From: Flavobacterium sp.
GTDB taxonomy: Bacteria > Bacteroidota > Bacteroidia > Flavobacteriales > Flavobacteriaceae
Direction of reading: 5' to 3'
Assembly (NCBI GenBank): GCA_042091515.1
Contig: JBELHH010000002.1
Coordinates: 62,450 to 126,449, forward strand
DNA length: 64,000 bases
Below are positions 56,334 through 64,000 of this stretch, piece after piece. Both the position numbers and the translations under genes were made by a program. Within the stretch, counting starts at the first letter, position 1; each line of letters opens with the position of its first letter. The notes below the pieces were generated by a model. The model was not told the DNA's origin, did not search any database, and saw nothing but the letters and a program-made list of their open reading frames with translations.

Positions 56334-56369
56334 AATCACGTGATTAATCACGTTATTAATCACGTGATT
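56334..56369. promoter_or_regulatory. Three tandem 12-bp palindromes AATCACGTGATT (putative operator array)
   Basis: Units at 56334-56345 (perfect), 56346-56357 (AATCACGTTATT, one mismatch) and 56358-56369 (perfect). The array ends 19 nt upstream of a small ORF. Confidence 0.5.
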
Positions 56370-56388
56370 CTTTTTAATCTATTTTACA

Positions 56389-56517
56389 ATGAGCAGAAGA
56401 CCTTTAGAACAAAGAAATATTAGAAGTCTAACCAAAGCATCGGGTGTTCATTATGTCAGTAAGTCAAAGAACGTAAACAAAGTAGATGGAAAATTAATTC
56501 CTTCAACCTATTTATAA
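56389..56517 (+). CDS. Unlisted 42-codon ORF (MSRRPLEQRNIRSLTKASGVHYVSKSKNVNKVDGKLIPSTYL); may be a gene remnant
   Basis: Runs from ATG at 56389 to TAA at 56515-56517. The product is basic. The only support is its position downstream of the palindrome array. Confidence 0.25.
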   Translation: MSRRPLEQRNIRSLTKASGVHYVSKSKNVNKVDGKLIPSTYL

Positions 56518-56698
56518 TCATAAATAAGTAATACTCATTTAACCTTAATAATAACTTTACTTCGACAAGCTCAGTAACTATCTCATTTTTATATAATTCC
56601 CTTACTAGGGAAACATATTCATAAAAATATCTCGTTGAGAGCAGAGGAATAACTCATTATTATAAAGACGAATAAAAAACACCTTCAAAGGATTAATG

Positions 56699-56733
56699 AA
56701 AAACACTCACAGAATTTTAAGTGAGCGTTTTTT
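56699..56733 (-). terminator. Rho-independent terminator of the A2M gene
   Basis: On the minus strand: CGCTCAC, a 10-nt loop, GTGAGTG (7 bp including one G-U pair), then TTTTT. It lies 16 nt downstream of the stop codon. Confidence 0.55.
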
Positions 56734-56748
56734 AATGTCACATAAGGA

Positions 56749-59700
56749 TTATTCTATCTTTAATCTAATCCCTTTTGAATTACTAGAGAACTCTGGAGCA
56801 TACATGCTTTGAATGGTTGTAATCCCATTGGAAAAGTTTCCACTATTATTGGCTCGAAAATCATACTCAAAAATATATGTGCCTTTTGGTAGTTCATCAA
56901 AGAAGAAATGCGTTGCGACATCTTTGGTGCTTTGATAATATCCTAAACCATCTTGCCATTTGTACATAGAAAGCACATCAATTGGTTCTAACCCAGAAGC
57001 TCTCATATCCTTTAGATGAACAAATTCCATATCATTTTTTGAGGTAATTTCTATACGAACCGTAATAAGGTCTCCAATTTTAATTGGAGTATCAAGTTTT
57101 ATGGGGGTTAGCTTTTCACCACCATTTCCTACACTTTTTATAAAAAGTGATTTTTTAATAGATAATGGCGTATTTTTTGAAGAAATAATTTTATCTAAAT
57201 CTTCAAAATACTGCCAATAAACACCCCCAAATCCTGTAACGCCACTTTTGTTTTGAATTTTTATTGATGCCATCTTGGAGTTAATTTCATTACTTTTCCA
57301 ATTCACTTTTATATAACCAGTACCAGCTTCTTTTTTAACAGGTTCTAATTTTTTAGTTTTAATTTTTTCATCTCCAATCCTGATTACAGTATTATCTGTC
57401 ACACTAAGCCAGTTATTACTCTGCATCAATAATGCATAGATAGCTTCTGTAGTAGCTTTGGTGGTATTCCATCTATTGGTTTGCTTGTTCCTCAACAGCC
57501 ATTGTTTTAATTTATCTACTTTTTTAGTATCCTTTGAAATTTCTGTAAATGCTTCTATTAATAAAGCCTGTGTTTCTATTGGTGATTTGTACCAATACCA
57601 ATTATTTGTATTCTCTTTCCAGAACCAGCCATTTTCATCACTCTGTATCGCTTGCTCTTCAAGAGCTTCAATAATGTTATTGGCTTCCTTTTTAAATCCA
57701 TTTCTTTCCAGAATAAGAGCTATCATCCCTTTATTATAGAGTGATTGGGTCAGCCAAGAGGATTTACATTTTTCAACATATAAATTAACTATCTTGTTTG
57801 TCTTTTCAGATAATGGATGGCTTTTCAAGAAAAAATTTCTGGCATATAAATAATGAATAGTACTGTGGTTAAGGTTTACATCGGTAGAATCCTTTTGATA
57901 CTTGATTCTATTTTTGTGATCATCTAGAAACTCATTATCCAAATAAGTAATTGCCTTTTTTAAAAGAGGCTTTAGCTTATAATCATTTTCGCTTTTAATA
58001 TTTAGTTTTTGTAAATGCCCAATTCCTGCAACAATATGTCTTGTTATAAATGTATTCTCCCTTCCTCCAGCAAACCAAGGAAATCCTCCTGAAGGTAATT
58101 GTAACTGTTTTAGCATGGCGACAGCCTGTAGTTGTCCTTCTTGTACTTTTTGCGAATCAAATAACTCAGCCAATCTTGCTTTATTTTCTTGATCACTTTT
58201 TAAATCTCTAACCCAAGGAGATTCAGAAATAAGAACGGACTTTAAAGATTCATTTGCCTCAAGAGATGATTCTAATTGTTCGTTGACTTTCCAACTTTTA
58301 AATACATCTTCTATCTGAGGATTTTTAGTAAGAATATCTTCTGCCAATGCATTAGCATAGAATCTTGAGAAGGTTTGTTCCGCACATTCATAAGAAAACT
58401 CAATAAGATAAGGTAATGACTTTATAGCCAACCAAGCAGGGTTGGATGTATATTCCAATGTAAAGGAATGGCTCTTTAAGCTATTTGAAGTCGGTGTTTT
58501 TAATTTTTCAAACACAACTTCTTTCGCTGTTCCCTTTGGCAACCACAATGGTTTGGCTTCCGTAACCAAAGTTCTATTGGATAATACAGGCAATATATTA
58601 GCTTCTCCATCGCTATGGGTTCCTGACTTTGCAAGAATTTTGTACTCGATGGCAGGAATGCCTTCAGGGATTTGCATTTTCCAAGTCATCGAAGTATTTC
58701 CTTTTGAAGGAATTGTGAAATTTTGATTGGATTCTAATGGAATAATTGAAGTGGAAATAGGTTCTGATGTTACACCGTTAAACAATTGCAATAATGCTGT
58801 GCCAGATAGTGTTTCCTTTGTAAGGTTACTGATTTTGGTACTTAGATAGATCGTATCTTTTTCTCTCAAAAATCGTGGTGGATTAGGAATCACATTAATA
58901 TCTTTCTGAGTAACCGCCGTTTTTTCTAATGCACCAACTTCAACTGATTTATTATGAGCCAGTAGCATGAGTCTCCATTTAGTCAAAGCTTGAGGAGAAT
59001 CAAAACTAAAAATAACTTCCCCATTTTTATTGGTCTTTAAGTGTGGAAAGAAAAAGGCTGTTTCTTTCAAGTCACTTCGTACTTCCACTTGTGCAAGTGA
59101 TTTCAATCCTTTTTTTGTAGTGATGATAACAACGCCATTCTTTGCTCTTACTCCATATAATGCGGTCGCACTAGCTCCTTTCAATACAGAGATATCCTCA
59201 ATATCATTGGAAGCAAGTTGGGCACCAGCTGAATCCATTGGAACACCATCAATGATGAATAATGTCTGTTTATTGTTTGCAATACTGCTATTCCCACGAA
59301 TGACTATTTGATTACCAGCTCCTGGAACGCCACTAGTCTGTGTAATATTCACTCCAGCCACTTTACCTTCTAGTTTTCTGGAAATATCCACAGAAACATC
59401 TTTAGCAGTTACAAAAGAAACCGAATATCCTAATGCTTTTTTCTCCCTTTTGATTCCCATAGCCATCACAACCACTTCATCTAAATGTGCTGAATCTTCT
59501 TCCAAAGCTACATTATATGTGCCAGATTTTGTTACAGATGCAATCATATTACTAAATCCTAAGTAGCTAAAGACCAATTCAGACCCAACTGGTGCATTAA
59601 TGGAATAGAAGCCATCAAAATCTGTAGTTGTTCCAGTAGATGTCCCTTTTACAATGACATTGACACCCGGAAGTGGTAATCCGCTTTCGTCAGTTATAAT

Positions 59701-62700
59701 TCCACTAATATTGCCCTCTATATAATTTGGATTTTTCTTTTTGGTAGCCAATGATGATAGGTATAACTTATTGTCATAATCAATCCCTCCAAAATTAAAC
59801 CCAAACCATTGCAATTTGTGATAGTTCTTTAGAAATGAAAATACGGGACTGCTTTTAGGGTAATTGAAGAGGTCAAATGTAGTTGTTCCAAAAAAGTTAT
59901 CACTTCGAACTCTTGGGGCGTAGGAGTAGTTATAGGTATTAAAGCCAATATCCGTTTTCCAATTATGTTCTTTGAATTGGTCAAGTGAAGTATCATACAT
60001 AGAAGCTAATACTTCAGCTTCGGTATTTTTAGTATTGACATCCGTGATTTTGAAACTCCATGTTTCCTTTTGATCAGGGACTAATTTATTTCTAAAACTT
60101 AATGTTTCAATCTGCAACTCATTATCAACTTCGGGAAAGTTTACTGAAAATTGATCTCTATGCAGACTATTGTACTTCACAAAAAACAAATTGAAATCCA
60201 GTTTGTTTTTATAGGATTGTTTTACAGGAACTTTTAGAAGTGAACTTCCATTTTTAATAGTTATAATCTCTTTTAATACAGACTTCCCTTTATAGAAAGC
60301 TTCAACATTAACATTAAGTGTCTCGCAAGATGTCTTTAATTGAATAGCAACAAAGCCATCAGCTTTAAAATTGGAATTAGAAATTTTATATGTGAAGAGT
60401 TTATTGTTAGGTAGTTTTTGGTCTCTCAATTGAAATACTTCAAACTGTTTTTTAACGGAAACTGTGTCTTTAAAAATATCTACTGCTTTTGCTTCCAGAA
60501 CATACGTCCCAGATTCCCAATTGGAAATATCTTTTAATGCTACTGCTGTAGCATCAGTAATTTTTTTCTTTTCAGAAAATATGAGTTTCCCTTTTTTCCA
60601 ATGTTTCTTTAAATCGTTACTGTCATATACTTCGTGAGGAAACAATTCGGTAAACTTTTCTTTGGATAGATATAGCAGTTCTACGACTTCCCAAGGCTTT
60701 TTACGAAGTAAACGTTCAGGACTTTGTAATTTATAAATGGAAAAAGACACCTGTGCTGAAATAGGTTGATCGTTGAGGTTGTTGGCTTCAAAGATTACTT
60801 CTTGTGGCTTAGTTCCATCCCAAGTATTAGAAGTTGTTACATCTAATTGTATGTTATGAAAACCCACTTTGATGGTTTTTGAAGCACTTCTGGTTTCGCC
60901 ATTAGTATCAGTAACATCCGTTTTAACTGTATATAGAAATATAGGTTTTGTTGTTTTATTGGTGAGCGAGTCTGGCACTGCAATAAAATCAATTTCAAAA
61001 ACGCCTTTACCGTTCGTAATTGTATTTCCTGTTTTTATGATTTGTGAATTTCCACCATAATAACCGTTTTTCCAGTAAGGCTGTAATTCTCTGGAAATAG
61101 AATAAGTTACTTTGGCATCAGAGATGGAATTTCCTAAAAATGCTTTTGCCAATCCTGAAACTTTAATACTGTCATTTATTTTATAATTTTCAGTCACAGC
61201 ATCAAAGGTGACTTCAAATTTTGGACGCTTATATTCTTCTACAGAAAAATAGACTTCAACAGACTCAAAATCATCAATTCTATCGAAATAGGTTTCATCA
61301 TCAGATTCATAATCTTCATCCATTTCTATTGAGAATTCTCCTGTTAGTACATTGCTTGGGATTTTAAATTCCCCACTCACAGAGCCAAACTCGTTAGTCT
61401 TTAATCTTAATTCTTTAAGTTCTTCATTATTGGCATCGTATATAGTAATGGATACATAAGTATTGGCAACAACTTTAGAAGCTCCTTTTTTCTTTTCAAC
61501 CAAAAGACCTTTAAAATACATGGTCTGCCCTGGGCGATAAATGCTCCTATCCAGATACAAGAACATTTTGGCTAAGCGTTCATCATCTTCATCTTCATTT
61601 TTATATAATCTTTGCAAATAGTAATTGTCATTGGTTAGTGTATCCCCTTGATAGGTAGCCATCAATCGAAGATTATTGTGATATTTTTTATCTTTTTTTA
61701 TAGAGAATTCACCTTTAGCGTTCGTTGTTCCATTACGATTGAATCCTTTTGAATTGGTAACAGAGATTGTAACATTTTTGACAGGAGTTCCATTTTCTCT
61801 GTCTAGCAATTTTGTCACTAAACGCTTATCTTTATTAATACTTATCATCGAAAGCTTAGTAGCTGTAACCACACTATGGCTAAATACATCATCCACTGAT
61901 TCTGCCTTTAACTTATTGGATGCTACGATTAGGTAATGTCCTTTATTAAGTTTAGATAAGTCAATTTCAGTAGTGTATTTATAAAAATTCTTTTGAGCTT
62001 GGAGTTTATAAAATCTACTTAGAGTAGGGTCATTTTTTTTAACGATTTCAAGAGCAACGCTATCCTTTTTGTATGAATATAGGTTTTCAAATTGTTCAAA
62101 TGGGATTTTATATACTGACATATATAAACTATCGACACTCTTAAAAGTAACTTTTGCTAAAAAGGGTTTGTCAGGTATGACATAGCGTTCTGTTTGAATA
62201 GCAATAGTCTGTTCTTCGATTTTGTTTTTCAGTATGGTGCATAAAAGTCCGCCATCGGAATTTGGATATTTTTCAAGAACTCTATTACAAATTCCTAAAG
62301 TTTTGATTCGATAGTCTTTTAGTTCAGGGTCATTTTTAGCATTGTACTTTTTGCTGGATTCAAAATAGGAATTGGCGATCTGGTAATCAATTGAAGCAGA
62401 AGCTTCATGATTGCTGTAACGACTCGATAATTCTTTTAAAGCTTTTAAATAGAGTTCCTTTTTATTTTCAATGGTGGCTTGTTTTTTTGAAAATTGTAAT
62501 CGGGCAAGCACAACATCTATATATGCAATGATGTCCTTATCTATATGAAATTGTTCTAATTGTTGGTATAGTCTTAATACATTTCTATTAGATAGAATGC
62601 TATCTGTTGTAAAGAAAGGTTCTTTTGTAAATTCATTCGTGGATTCAAAAACAACAGGATTATTAATGTAAAAACGGTCTTTAGGTCGTTTTACATACCA

Positions 62701-63312
62701 TTTATCTTGTGCATAAAATTCCAAAGCTCGGTGAGCAAGAAAGTCATATAAAGTAGGTCGGAAACGGTGTGATGTTCTGCTATTCGTTAAAATGGATTGA
62801 AAATCCTTGATAGACTGCTTTTTTAAATCTTTCGATTTTGAAAGCGATTTTTCATAGTGGTGTGTAATTTGAATAATGAATGTATTGATATCCCATTTTT
62901 TAAATTCATTGGAGACTAAAGGAAAATCAAGTTTTGTCCGCTTACGAATTTTATAACGATTCTTTTGTAAATATTGATTGAGGTAACTTGCGTATACAGA
63001 TTCTAAAAGTGCATCTGTTGGAAAATTAGAGGTGTTGATTGTAGTTTCTAATTCTGCGATAATCTTTTGTTGTGCATCTTCTTGCAACAGTAAAGCAAAC
63101 TTGGATTTGTAGATAAACCCTTTTACAATTTGGTTACTTTGATTAGATCGTTTTGCCTTTCTTAAAATCTTATCTATGTTTTCATTGGCACTTTTGAATT
63201 TACCTTCCAGTTCTAATGTCTCAACTTCTTTCCATAGTTTCTCATATTTATTTTGAGAATTGGAAAATTGAATACCAATTATGAATAGGATTAATAATAG
63301 TGTTTTTTTCAT
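56749..63312 (-). CDS. Giant alpha-2-macroglobulin-family protein with a thioester motif and an embedded CarboxypepD_reg + TonB-plug module
   Basis: 2187 aa with a signal peptide and MG-like beta-sandwich segments. A SusC-like segment GNISGIITDESGLPLPGVNVIVKG...IEDISVLKGASATALYGVRAKNGVVIITTKKG spans 59107-59715. The CAEQ thioester motif lies at 58375-58386 in FSYECAEQTFSRFY. Confidence 0.85.
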   Translation of the reverse strand: MKKTLLLILFIIGIQFSNSQNKYEKLWKEVETLELEGKFKSANENIDKILRKAKRSNQSNQIVKGFIYKSKFALLLQEDAQQKIIAELETTINTSNFPTDALLESVYASYLNQYLQKNRYKIRKRTKLDFPLVSNEFKKWDINTFIIQITHHYEKSLSKSKDLKKQSIKDFQSILTNSRTSHRFRPTLYDFLAHRALEFYAQDKWYVKRPKDRFYINNPVVFESTNEFTKEPFFTTDSILSNRNVLRLYQQLEQFHIDKDIIAYIDVVLARLQFSKKQATIENKKELYLKALKELSSRYSNHEASASIDYQIANSYFESSKKYNAKNDPELKDYRIKTLGICNRVLEKYPNSDGGLLCTILKNKIEEQTIAIQTERYVIPDKPFLAKVTFKSVDSLYMSVYKIPFEQFENLYSYKKDSVALEIVKKNDPTLSRFYKLQAQKNFYKYTTEIDLSKLNKGHYLIVASNKLKAESVDDVFSHSVVTATKLSMISINKDKRLVTKLLDRENGTPVKNVTISVTNSKGFNRNGTTNAKGEFSIKKDKKYHNNLRLMATYQGDTLTNDNYYLQRLYKNEDEDDERLAKMFLYLDRSIYRPGQTMYFKGLLVEKKKGASKVVANTYVSITIYDANNEELKELRLKTNEFGSVSGEFKIPSNVLTGEFSIEMDEDYESDDETYFDRIDDFESVEVYFSVEEYKRPKFEVTFDAVTENYKINDSIKVSGLAKAFLGNSISDAKVTYSISRELQPYWKNGYYGGNSQIIKTGNTITNGKGVFEIDFIAVPDSLTNKTTKPIFLYTVKTDVTDTNGETRSASKTIKVGFHNIQLDVTTSNTWDGTKPQEVIFEANNLNDQPISAQVSFSIYKLQSPERLLRKKPWEVVELLYLSKEKFTELFPHEVYDSNDLKKHWKKGKLIFSEKKKITDATAVALKDISNWESGTYVLEAKAVDIFKDTVSVKKQFEVFQLRDQKLPNNKLFTYKISNSNFKADGFVAIQLKTSCETLNVNVEAFYKGKSVLKEIITIKNGSSLLKVPVKQSYKNKLDFNLFFVKYNSLHRDQFSVNFPEVDNELQIETLSFRNKLVPDQKETWSFKITDVNTKNTEAEVLASMYDTSLDQFKEHNWKTDIGFNTYNYSYAPRVRSDNFFGTTTFDLFNYPKSSPVFSFLKNYHKLQWFGFNFGGIDYDNKLYLSSLATKKKNPNYIEGNISGIITDESGLPLPGVNVIVKGTSTGTTTDFDGFYSINAPVGSELVFSYLGFSNMIASVTKSGTYNVALEEDSAHLDEVVVMAMGIKREKKALGYSVSFVTAKDVSVDISRKLEGKVAGVNITQTSGVPGAGNQIVIRGNSSIANNKQTLFIIDGVPMDSAGAQLASNDIEDISVLKGASATALYGVRAKNGVVIITTKKGLKSLAQVEVRSDLKETAFFFPHLKTNKNGEVIFSFDSPQALTKWRLMLLAHNKSVEVGALEKTAVTQKDINVIPNPPRFLREKDTIYLSTKISNLTKETLSGTALLQLFNGVTSEPISTSIIPLESNQNFTIPSKGNTSMTWKMQIPEGIPAIEYKILAKSGTHSDGEANILPVLSNRTLVTEAKPLWLPKGTAKEVVFEKLKTPTSNSLKSHSFTLEYTSNPAWLAIKSLPYLIEFSYECAEQTFSRFYANALAEDILTKNPQIEDVFKSWKVNEQLESSLEANESLKSVLISESPWVRDLKSDQENKARLAELFDSQKVQEGQLQAVAMLKQLQLPSGGFPWFAGGRENTFITRHIVAGIGHLQKLNIKSENDYKLKPLLKKAITYLDNEFLDDHKNRIKYQKDSTDVNLNHSTIHYLYARNFFLKSHPLSEKTNKIVNLYVEKCKSSWLTQSLYNKGMIALILERNGFKKEANNIIEALEEQAIQSDENGWFWKENTNNWYWYKSPIETQALLIEAFTEISKDTKKVDKLKQWLLRNKQTNRWNTTKATTEAIYALLMQSNNWLSVTDNTVIRIGDEKIKTKKLEPVKKEAGTGYIKVNWKSNEINSKMASIKIQNKSGVTGFGGVYWQYFEDLDKIISSKNTPLSIKKSLFIKSVGNGGEKLTPIKLDTPIKIGDLITVRIEITSKNDMEFVHLKDMRASGLEPIDVLSMYKWQDGLGYYQSTKDVATHFFFDELPKGTYIFEYDFRANNSGNFSNGITTIQSMYAPEFSSNSKGIRLKIE

Positions 63313-63349
63313 GATGATTAATTTTCCTCTAAGAAATAAATTTAGCTTG

Positions 63350-63766
63350 TCAATAAAAACTTAAAGTTAGTGAATGTATACTTTGGATGAGTGTGAAGGG
63401 TCGATTTATATAAAAATACCTACTTGAGATAGTGAGCGTTTTTGTATTATTAAAGTTCATTTTGTTAATTAAATCTTTTGTTTTTCCCATATCAGTTATC
63501 ATAAATTCTAACATTTCAGAACGTTTTAATTTAGTTTTTTTAGAATACAAATCTTTCCTTATTTGTAATAAAAATTCACTAATTAATGCAATTAGTCTAT
63601 TTCCATATTCGGGCGTATTTTCTCCGTTTTCATCTTTATAGTTCTTTGAATGAAAGAATGTTTGCATTATTTTATTAAAGATTCTAATTGCTTCATCAGA
63701 GCCAAAAGTTGTTAAATCAAATACGCCTTCTTTCCTTTCTTTGCTAAATATAATTCCCAAAAACAC
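63350..63766 (-). CDS. Hypothetical protein (possibly the 3' part of a frameshifted gene)
   Basis: GTG-initiated ORF with no recognisable motifs. It overlaps the upstream ORF by 55 nt in another frame and lies 37 nt upstream of the A2M start. Confidence 0.35.
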   Translation of the reverse strand: MFLGIIFSKERKEGVFDLTTFGSDEAIRIFNKIMQTFFHSKNYKDENGENTPEYGNRLIALISEFLLQIRKDLYSKKTKLKRSEMLEFMITDMGKTKDLINKMNFNNTKTLTISSRYFYINRPFTLIQSIHSLTLSFY

Positions 63767-63936
63767 CCAAATGCCAATAGGGAGTTTGCTATGATACCTG
63801 CATATCGGGATAAAAAACTCTGGTTCTCTAAAATAGCATTACTATCTAATTCATAAATATTATGTCCTATGAGGAATAATGCTACATACATAATAACCAT
63901 AAGGATAGCTCTTCGCTTATTAAAAAGTGCTTCCAT
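63712..63936 (-). CDS. Hypothetical two-TM protein
   Basis: MEALFNKRRAILMVIMYVALFLIG... The ATG at 63936 overlaps the TAA of an upstream ORF (TAATG), which suggests translational coupling. Confidence 0.4.
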   Translation of the reverse strand: MEALFNKRRAILMVIMYVALFLIGHNIYELDSNAILENQSFLSRYAGIIANSLLAFGCFWELYLAKKGKKAYLI

Positions 63937-64000
63937 TATTGACAAGCTTGTGAAAGATTATAACTTCCTATAATAAATGCTGCTGCAAATACAGCCGCAC
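63936..64000 (-). CDS. 3' end of an ORF entering from outside the window (...AAVFAAAFIIGSYNLSQACQ*)
   Basis: Open frame from the window edge to the TAA at 63938-63936, with a hydrophobic tail. Only 20 codons are visible. Confidence 0.25.
   Translation of the reverse strand, partial: AAVFAAAFIIGSYNLSQACQ

Noticed and set aside
56560-56578. cttcgacaagctcagtaac, which resembles half of a CTTCGACAAGCTCAG-type palindromic intergenic repeat that I recall seeing in Bacteroidota genomes.
   Set aside because: There is only a single half-site and no inverted partner nearby. The identification rests on memory of the motif and cannot be verified here.
51623-63641. Track ORFs 51623-51946, 52582-52833, 53111-53377, 55443-55664, 57458-57739, 58442-58726, 59030-59311, 60869-61060, 61739-61936 and 63432-63641.
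   Set aside because: These lie antisense within aroA, the BNR protein, mazG, the A2M gene and the hypothetical ORF at 63350-63766. They are shadow ORFs.
1-64000. Search for CRISPR arrays, tRNA/rRNA/tmRNA genes, transposases, integrases, phage genes or known defence-system genes.
   Set aside because: I saw no regularly spaced repeat arrays, no T-loop (GGTTCGAATCC-like) or rRNA signatures, and no DDE, tyrosine-recombinase or other mobile-element motifs in any ORF. Small RNAs cannot be excluded without covariance-model scans.

Overview
This is an AT-rich chromosomal segment that looks like a Flavobacteriia (Bacteroidota) genome. The evidence is gene content, several lipoprotein and OMP signatures, and TAnnTTTG-type -7 promoter boxes. 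All family assignments come from motifs read in the translations; no database search was possible.

Layout:
- 1-14.4 kb: a complete minus-strand dcw (division/cell wall) cluster, mraZ-rsmH-ftsL-ftsI-murE-mraY-murD-ftsW-murG-murC-ftsQ-ftsA-ftsZ. ftsZ runs off the window and murF/ddl are absent.
- 14.5-25 kb: housekeeping genes (engB, rluA-family synthase, Gfo/Idh/MocA oxidoreductase, nitroreductase, Ntn acylase, DegT aminotransferase, galE, fabD, yhhQ).
- 25.3-29.9 kb: an arsenosugar-type operon (AhpD-like protein, radical-SAM ArsS, ArsM) extended by a DUF2064 transferase and a purine nucleoside phosphorylase.
- 32.7-36 kb: an outer-membrane trio.
- 36.1-43.1 kb: seven translationally coupled genes joining a FAD oxidoreductase/polyferredoxin pair to three glycosyltransferases.
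- 44-47.4 kb: a nitrilase-DUF2797-GH3 neighbourhood.
- 47.4-55.8 kb: more housekeeping genes (polyprenyl synthase, rlmN, queA, aroA, a BNR/sortilin protein, mazG).
- 55.8-56.7 kb: a 963-bp gene-poor island containing repeats and a triple palindrome.
- 56.7-63.3 kb: a 2187-aa thioester alpha-2-macroglobulin with an embedded SusC-like plug module, preceded by small membrane-protein ORFs.

I recognised no rRNA, tRNA, CRISPR array, transposase or integrase.
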